From NCBI RefSeq assembly GCF_000175255.2, contig NC_017262.1:150001-182000 (forward strand): 32,000 nt of DNA, read 5' to 3'. The number at the start of each line of letters is the position of its first letter. Positions within the stretch are counted from its first letter, which is position 1. The notes below the pieces were generated by a model. It saw only the letters and a program-made list of their open reading frames with translations, was not told the DNA's origin and made no database searches. Both the position numbers and the translations under genes were made by a program. This DNA is from Zymomonas mobilis subsp. mobilis ATCC 10988. GTDB lineage: Bacteria > Pseudomonadota > Alphaproteobacteria > Sphingomonadales > Sphingomonadaceae. Of this stretch, positions 26,077-32,000 are shown piece after piece.

Positions 26077-29000
26077 TGGCGGATCAAAATTACAATCCAG
26101 AAAGACAAGAAAATTCTTCGGATTCTATTAAGGAAAAGAACCCGAATATAGTCGCACAACCTGAAAACACCGAAGCAAATCCAAATAAGACATCACCATT
26201 TCAAAATTTGAAACATATTTTGGGATGGGGATGCGTCTTTCTGAGTGGGATTGCGCTTTTTATTATCGCGCTTATTTTGTTTCTAGATACGTCTACTGGC
26301 CATCAGCTTATTGTTCGTTATATCAATAAATACACAACAGAATCAGGCTTAAAAGTTAAAATACAGCGTATCGATGGTTCTATTTATCAGGCCTTTCGTT
26401 TGGTCGATATCGAGGCTTATGATCAGCGTGGGCGTTTCCTTGATGCACCTTCACTATTTGTCGAATGGCGGCCATTGGATTATCGCTACGGTATTATCAC
26501 TATCAAAAAACTCCATGCGCCTAGAATTGAAGTCTTACGAAATCCAGAACTAAAACCGACAAAATCAAATCCTGATGCGCCTTTGTTGCCTGACATCCAT
26601 TTGGATATCGATCAGATACATTTAGATAGAATAGATATTTCTAAAAATCTGGATGGCCAAAATCATCGTTTGCACATGCATGGCCGGCTTGCTTTGATAA
26701 AAGGGCAGATAACCGTCAAGGCGGAGGCTGGAGCTGACAAAGGACAAGATATCAGCGGCGGAGATACACTCTCTTTACAATTTGATGCTAAACCAACGGC
26801 TAACCTTCTGATTGTTGAAGCGCATTTGCATGCGCCTGTCGGCGGGGTTGTAGATGGCCTGACCCGCCTTGGTAAACCGCTTACGATGGATACCGCTGGA
26901 AAAGGAAATTGGCAAGATTGGCGCGGGTATATTCAAGCACAATCGGGCGATAAGAAATTACTGGATTGGCAAATACATAATAAAGATGGGTCTGTTCATC
27001 TGGATGGGGCGGTTTATCCCAGTGAATTATTACCAGATCAGCCTTCGTTGCAGGCTTTCTTTAAGAAAGGCTTACAGATTGATCTGACGACCCATAATCA
27101 TAAAAACGTTGTCGATATTCGAGGGGCTATTACCGGAGAAATGTTCCGCCTTACTGCCCTTGGGGGTGTCGATTGGAAATCGAGCCGCTTTAATAACATG
27201 TCAGTCGATTTGGCTATTCCCAATAGTCAAAAATTCCTTGGCGATGATTTATCCTTTAAGAACTTTACATTTTCTTCAGTGTTATCGGGTCTTGTCAGAT
27301 CGCCTAACATTGATTGGCGGTTAAAGGCTGGTCAGATTGGTTGGCAGGAGAAGATTGCCGAGAACATTCAATCCAGAGGTAAGATGCTTGTAGATGGCGA
27401 TCATTTATCCATGCCTATGGGATTATCTGTTGGAAAAATTTCAGGTCTTGATCCGCGCTTAGTCAATCTACTGGAAAATTTAAAAATAGAAGGTGCGATC
27501 AATTATGGTGATCATGTTTTGCGAGTTGATCACAGCAATATAAGTAGTCGATATATTCATGCGAACACCACCATCATCACCGATTTGGTAACAAAAAAAT
27601 GGCGTGCGGCGGTTAAAGGCGGGATTGATCCGTATAAAATAGACGGTATTGGCCGATTAAGCCTGACAATTGATAGTCATCTTCAGCCCGAAAAAAATGG
27701 GGGGCTAGGCATGGTCGGCGAGATGATGATCAAGGGACGTGATTGGCAGAAACCAGCTTTGGCAAAAGCTTTTGGTGGTGAAGCTGTTTTACGGACAGAT
27801 ATGATCGCCAATGCCATGGGTAATATAAGAATGCCAAGATTTAGCCTTGCTTCTCCAGAATTCCATCTAGAGGGTAACGGTGGATACCAGCCTAAAGGCA
27901 ATATCAATCTTTTTGTTCGGGGTAAGTCAAAAAGCTATGGTGCCATGACTCTTGATGTCGGGGGTATGGTTTCTCATCCTGTAATCAAGGCAACGGCTTT
28001 GGGTCTGACCGTTAATGGCAATTTGGCTCAAACAAAAAGTAACCTTTATCACGGGCAATTTGAACTGAACGGGCGGGGATTGGATGGTATCATTCGCTTG
28101 ACAGAAGAACAGGCAACACAAGCCGTTAATGCCGATATTGCTATCGACAAAGCCCGTTTCGTCTATAGTCAGCCAATTGACATTGAAAGTGGACGGCTAA
28201 GAGGAAAGGCTGTTTTTTCAACAGATCCGGCTTTTCAAGTTGAAGCCTTGCTGAATAATATTCGCTATAATGATTTTCTATTAAAGCAAGCTGCTGGACG
28301 CGCTTTTTATCAAAAAGAGCAAGGGGAGGGGGGGCTCACTTTACAGGGAAATCTACCTGCAGCGGGCGCTTCTCCCGTTCCATTTAATGCAGCTATTCAC
28401 AGCAGTTTTTCTGCGGATGTCATTAGAGCCAACGCGCAAGGAAATGTCGCCCATCTCAACTGGCATATGGCTGCGCCTGTTGAAATCCGTTCTGGTAAAA
28501 ATGGCTATGACATATCAAAAATAGTAATCCAGCTTCCCAAAGGACATATCGATCTATCCGGCCATTATGGTGGGCAAAATAGTTATGCCGCACTTCAAAT
28601 TGCCGATATCGATTTATCTGAAGCCAATCTATTGTGGCCTGAAATCAATTTAAGTGGTCAACTGTCGGCCGTAGCAAACGCTGATTTGACGGGTAATATT
28701 CCTCAGATATCCGCTCGCTTGGCTTTAAATAATTTTACACGAGTTTCTGTCACCGGATTATCTCAACCTGTTAATTTGGTCGTGGCCGCTACCAATGATA
28801 AAAATGGTTTGGTTTCTGAAGCTGTAATCCGCCAAAAACAGACAATGATTGGGCAAATGCGCCTAGGCGTTACGCCTAATTATGCTCCTGAAAAACAACA
28901 TAAAGTTGATTGGATAGAAGCCTTAAGAAAAGGCCGATTAAGCGGAGGCATTCGCTATAATGCTGATGCCGATATTCTATGGTCAATGAGTGGTGTCAGT

Positions 29001-30245
29001 GGTCAATCTATAAGAGGCCCCTTGGCCATTGCTGCTGATATTTCCGGTGAGGTTGAAGCGCCTGTTTTAACCGGTCTTATTCGAGGCCGATCACTCCGTT
29101 ACGAAAATAGCAGCTATGATACCCTTGTTTCTTCAATTGATGTTGATGGGCATTTCGACCGATCAAAATTCTTTTTGGATAAAATGACAGGCAAAGCCGG
29201 CAAAGGCACACTTACGGCTAAGGGCTATGCCAGCTTTGATGCGGCAAGTGATTATGATTCAGCCTTGAATATTACATTAGACAAGGCAACGCTTGCCCGC
29301 GCCGACGAAATGAAATCAACTGTTTCAGGTAACCTTGATATCACAAGTAATCGTAAGGATGGCGGTTCCATCAAAGGTAAGTTGAAGTTACCTGAAACCC
29401 GTTATCGTTTTATCATGGACAACAAAGAAACGGTTCACGACTTATCCGGTGTTAAGCGTAAAGGACAGGTTGAAGACACAGCCGCTCATGAAATGAAAGA
29501 ATCTTCAGCCTCTGCCTCTATACTGGCCTCGGCGTGGAAGCTGGATATTCGGATTTCTGCTCCTGATCAGTTATTTGTTGCAGGTATGGGATTGGAGTCC
29601 GAGTGGGAAGCTGATTTACGCGTCAGAGGAACAGCCACTGCGCCCAATATCACAGGGGATATGCGGGTTATCCGAGGTACCTACAGTTTTGCTGGCCGCC
29701 GTTTCGATATTGATCATGGTGAAATTCAGTTTACAGGCGGAAATCCACCCAATCCGGCACTTGATATTACAGCCGAGGCAACGGTTGATGATATAACCGC
29801 TACGGTAAAGATCAGTGGTTTTGCCAATAAACCGGAAATTACTTTTTCATCCTCACCGTCATTGGCACAGGATGAAATTCTATCGCGCTTGCTGTTCGGT
29901 TCTTCTGTAACCAGCTTGTCAGCCGTTCAAGCCGTACAATTGGCAGCCGCCTTGAATACACTTCGGACAGGCGGCAAGGGGTTTGATCCACTGGATAAAC
30001 TGCGTTCTGTGATCGGCATTGATAGATTACGGGTTGTTGGAGCAAATAGTTCGACAGGCCAAGGTACGTCTTTAGCAGCCGGAAAATATCTCTTCAAAAA
30101 TGTGTATATGGAAGTGATTACCGATACTCATGGTTTTACAGCAACCCAGATCAGAATATCTTTGACCCGAACCCTGTCACTTCTAAGTGAAGCCAGTAGC
30201 TTCGGGTCATCCAATGTCAGTTTGCGTTATTCAAAAGATTATTAG
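26076..30245 (+). CDS. tamB: Translocation and assembly module protein TamB (DUF490 C-terminus)
   Basis: A 1389-aa protein with a single N-terminal TM anchor (WGCVFLSGIALFIIALILFL), a long beta-rich periplasmic body, and a C-terminal DUF490-like region (ITFSSSPSLAQDEILSRLLFG ... AGKYL). The ATG shares one base with the tamA stop. Confidence 0.88.
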   Translation: MADQNYNPERQENSSDSIKEKNPNIVAQPENTEANPNKTSPFQNLKHILGWGCVFLSGIALFIIALILFLDTSTGHQLIVRYINKYTTESGLKVKIQRIDGSIYQAFRLVDIEAYDQRGRFLDAPSLFVEWRPLDYRYGIITIKKLHAPRIEVLRNPELKPTKSNPDAPLLPDIHLDIDQIHLDRIDISKNLDGQNHRLHMHGRLALIKGQITVKAEAGADKGQDISGGDTLSLQFDAKPTANLLIVEAHLHAPVGGVVDGLTRLGKPLTMDTAGKGNWQDWRGYIQAQSGDKKLLDWQIHNKDGSVHLDGAVYPSELLPDQPSLQAFFKKGLQIDLTTHNHKNVVDIRGAITGEMFRLTALGGVDWKSSRFNNMSVDLAIPNSQKFLGDDLSFKNFTFSSVLSGLVRSPNIDWRLKAGQIGWQEKIAENIQSRGKMLVDGDHLSMPMGLSVGKISGLDPRLVNLLENLKIEGAINYGDHVLRVDHSNISSRYIHANTTIITDLVTKKWRAAVKGGIDPYKIDGIGRLSLTIDSHLQPEKNGGLGMVGEMMIKGRDWQKPALAKAFGGEAVLRTDMIANAMGNIRMPRFSLASPEFHLEGNGGYQPKGNINLFVRGKSKSYGAMTLDVGGMVSHPVIKATALGLTVNGNLAQTKSNLYHGQFELNGRGLDGIIRLTEEQATQAVNADIAIDKARFVYSQPIDIESGRLRGKAVFSTDPAFQVEALLNNIRYNDFLLKQAAGRAFYQKEQGEGGLTLQGNLPAAGASPVPFNAAIHSSFSADVIRANAQGNVAHLNWHMAAPVEIRSGKNGYDISKIVIQLPKGHIDLSGHYGGQNSYAALQIADIDLSEANLLWPEINLSGQLSAVANADLTGNIPQISARLALNNFTRVSVTGLSQPVNLVVAATNDKNGLVSEAVIRQKQTMIGQMRLGVTPNYAPEKQHKVDWIEALRKGRLSGGIRYNADADILWSMSGVSGQSIRGPLAIAADISGEVEAPVLTGLIRGRSLRYENSSYDTLVSSIDVDGHFDRSKFFLDKMTGKAGKGTLTAKGYASFDAASDYDSALNITLDKATLARADEMKSTVSGNLDITSNRKDGGSIKGKLKLPETRYRFIMDNKETVHDLSGVKRKGQVEDTAAHEMKESSASASILASAWKLDIRISAPDQLFVAGMGLESEWEADLRVRGTATAPNITGDMRVIRGTYSFAGRRFDIDHGEIQFTGGNPPNPALDITAEATVDDITATVKISGFANKPEITFSSSPSLAQDEILSRLLFGSSVTSLSAVQAVQLAAALNTLRTGGKGFDPLDKLRSVIGIDRLRVVGANSSTGQGTSLAAGKYLFKNVYMEVITDTHGFTATQIRISLTRTLSLLSEASSFGSSNVSLRYSKDY

Positions 30246-31516
30246 CCTAACCAACTGGTTAGAGCCCAATGCGCTCTGACCGCTGTTTTCCATAATTCAG
30301 GAAGAACGAGGTCATCTGGCGTAATCTTTTCAGGCCAGAAATTTTCGACGAGTTGATAGAGCTTTTCCCATCTTTTCGGTGTCAAGATAAAGCGCTGATC
30401 AACGGCGTCCAAAGCAGCTTTAGATAGTGGCACTCGCAATCGCAGGCAGGCAGGCCCTCCGCCATTTGCCATACTTTCACGGACATCGACCACAACTGCT
30501 TTTTTAATTGGATTGTTACCGCTAATAATCCGGTTGACCGTTTCCAAAACTGCAGGATCGCTTTTTACTTCCTGAGGTAAAATAAGCGCCATTGTCCGGT
30601 CTTTTAAGGTAACAATTTGGCTATTAAACAGATAGCTTTTAACGGCCTGTTCCAAAGTAATATTATCAATAATAATCGGAATAAAACCGTCAATTTTTTC
30701 GGCTATCCGCTTTATCCATTCGCCTTGGTCTTCAAAAGCTTCGGCATGTGCTAGCAAGACATACTCATTAGCCACGGCGACGACATCATTGTGAAAAGCG
30801 CCTTTAGCAATTGCCTCTTTTTTCTGAGGGATAAACCATGCCAAATCAGGTTTCACCTCTCCCAATCGAGCCACCGCCTGACTTGCCCGCAGTTTTTGTC
30901 TTGCCGGATAAATATCGTTTTTCTCGCCATAGACAAAAATATTTATTCCAGTGCGCCCATGTGCTGAGGTAATTCGCATGTGGTTTGCGGCGCCCTCATC
31001 GCTGAAATGCTGTCCGCAAGGCAAGGGATGGTGCATAGCAAAGAAACAGCTATTGGAAAAAATTTGGTTTAGCTGAGCATAGGTTGTTTGCGCTTCCAGA
31101 TGACGATGTAGCATCGTTGCTAGATTAGCTGTTATAAAGTGAACACGGCCATCATGGCTGTCAAATTCAGAAATAACCGTTGCTGCATTGGCCGCCCACA
31201 TTGAAGAAGCAGAGCAAAGATTATTAAATAACAGCCGATCATCCTTCGCAGCTTGCTTCAAAATAGTCTTGTCATCACCTTTATAACCCAGATGGTGCAA
31301 CAAATGGGTAACGGGTCGTAGAGGAGGTAAAAACACCCCTTGAGTTAGCCCCATATCCATCAGGTGCTTCATTTTTTCTATTCCCTGAAGCGCCGCTTGC
31401 CGCGGATAGGATGGCTGACCAGCATGAAGGGCGCTGGCGACATTTCCCCGCGATAATCCCGCATAATTGTGGGTGGGACCGATCAAACCATCAAAATTCA
31501 CTTCAGAAACAATCAT
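30242..31516 (-). CDS. astB: N-succinylarginine dihydrolase
   Basis: The N-terminus EVNFDGLIGPTHNYAGLSRGNVAS matches my recollection of the AstB N-terminal region, and GGGPACLRLRV lies near the C-terminus. An aagga SD-like sequence is 6 nt upstream of the ATG. Confidence 0.85.
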   Translation of the reverse strand: MIVSEVNFDGLIGPTHNYAGLSRGNVASALHAGQPSYPRQAALQGIEKMKHLMDMGLTQGVFLPPLRPVTHLLHHLGYKGDDKTILKQAAKDDRLLFNNLCSASSMWAANAATVISEFDSHDGRVHFITANLATMLHRHLEAQTTYAQLNQIFSNSCFFAMHHPLPCGQHFSDEGAANHMRITSAHGRTGINIFVYGEKNDIYPARQKLRASQAVARLGEVKPDLAWFIPQKKEAIAKGAFHNDVVAVANEYVLLAHAEAFEDQGEWIKRIAEKIDGFIPIIIDNITLEQAVKSYLFNSQIVTLKDRTMALILPQEVKSDPAVLETVNRIISGNNPIKKAVVVDVRESMANGGGPACLRLRVPLSKAALDAVDQRFILTPKRWEKLYQLVENFWPEKITPDDLVLPELWKTAVRAHWALTSWLG

Positions 31517-31641
31517 GTTTTTTCCTTTTTTGGTCTATCAATGGCAATGCATTAAGTAGATTCTATCTGGAAAGACGCGGCGGAAGGGCTTTCGACCTAA
31601 ATTTTTAATCAAGATTGGTTTAAAGGTTAATAGGATATAAA

Positions 31642-32000
31642 ATGAAACCTGTTTTTATTGGTATCGCTGATACTAGATTATCAGATCAGGAAAAAAAGCT
31701 ATTCCGTCAATATGAACCTGCCGGTTATATTCTTTTTCAGAGAAATATTACAGACCGTACGCAGCTAAAGAAATTGACGGCAGATTTGAGAGCCAATAGC
31801 CAACAGAATATTCCAATTTTAATTGATCAGGAGGGGGGACGGGTCGCCAGAATGAAGCCGCCGGTCTGGCCAGCTTTTCCTGCCGCCGCCCGATTTGATG
31901 AGCTTTATCAGAAAGCGCCGGTTAGTGCGATTGAAGCTGTACGTGCCAATAGCCATGCACTGGCTTTATTATTACAGGATGTTGGCATCAATGTTGATTG
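31642..32000 (+). CDS. nagZ: Beta-N-acetylhexosaminidase (GH3), 3' end outside the window
   Basis: Hand translation from the ATG at 31642 gives MKPVFIGIADTRLSDQEKKLFRQYEPAGYILFQRNI...IPILIDQEGGRVARM, which is the GH3 NagZ N-terminal signature. AGGA lies 6 nt upstream. The frame stays open to the window end. Confidence 0.85.
   Translation, partial: MKPVFIGIADTRLSDQEKKLFRQYEPAGYILFQRNITDRTQLKKLTADLRANSQQNIPILIDQEGGRVARMKPPVWPAFPAAARFDELYQKAPVSAIEAVRANSHALALLLQDVGINVD

Noticed and set aside
1-32000. Defence systems, CRISPR arrays, toxin-antitoxin pairs, prophage or mobile elements
   Set aside because: Every ORF of 100 aa or more that I accept has a recognisable housekeeping or envelope function. 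No spaced direct-repeat arrays, transposase or integrase motifs, or small paired ORFs were seen.

Overview
This window reads as a chromosomal, mostly housekeeping region of an alphaproteobacterium. Gene content and protein sequences remind me of Sphingomonadales/Zymomonas, but that is recollection and is not verified. I support 22 protein genes and one tRNA. They are: topA (5'-truncated); a minus-strand operon ubiE-ubiB-coaBC-dut-ThiF/MoeB-like E1; tRNA-Gly(CCC); mutM; an Slt-type lytic transglycosylase; a divergent UDG-superfamily gene; ETF-ubiquinone oxidoreductase; a secreted TPR protein; ispE; an FGase-family hydrolase; a long co-directional array nnr / RlmD-like methyltransferase / hisI / OmpR-type response regulator / histidine kinase / tamA / tamB; convergent astB; and the start of nagZ. 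I saw no CRISPR array, IS element, integrase, prophage or recognisable defence island. I cannot point to a clearly novel multi-gene system. The best candidate for something under-described is the two-component system fused by overlapping stop/start codons to the TamA/TamB module. Next is the unusual TopA architecture, with a roughly 310-aa acidic disordered insertion plus a histone-H1-like basic tail. Lesser items are a long GC-normal convergent spacer with a 9-bp tandem repeat, several intergenic inverted repeats, extremely AT-rich spacers flanking ispE, an apparently orphan astB, a UDG-like protein with a degenerate active-site motif, and marked gene-to-gene GC heterogeneity. All calls rest on reading the translated ORFs and the raw sequence. 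No database search was run.
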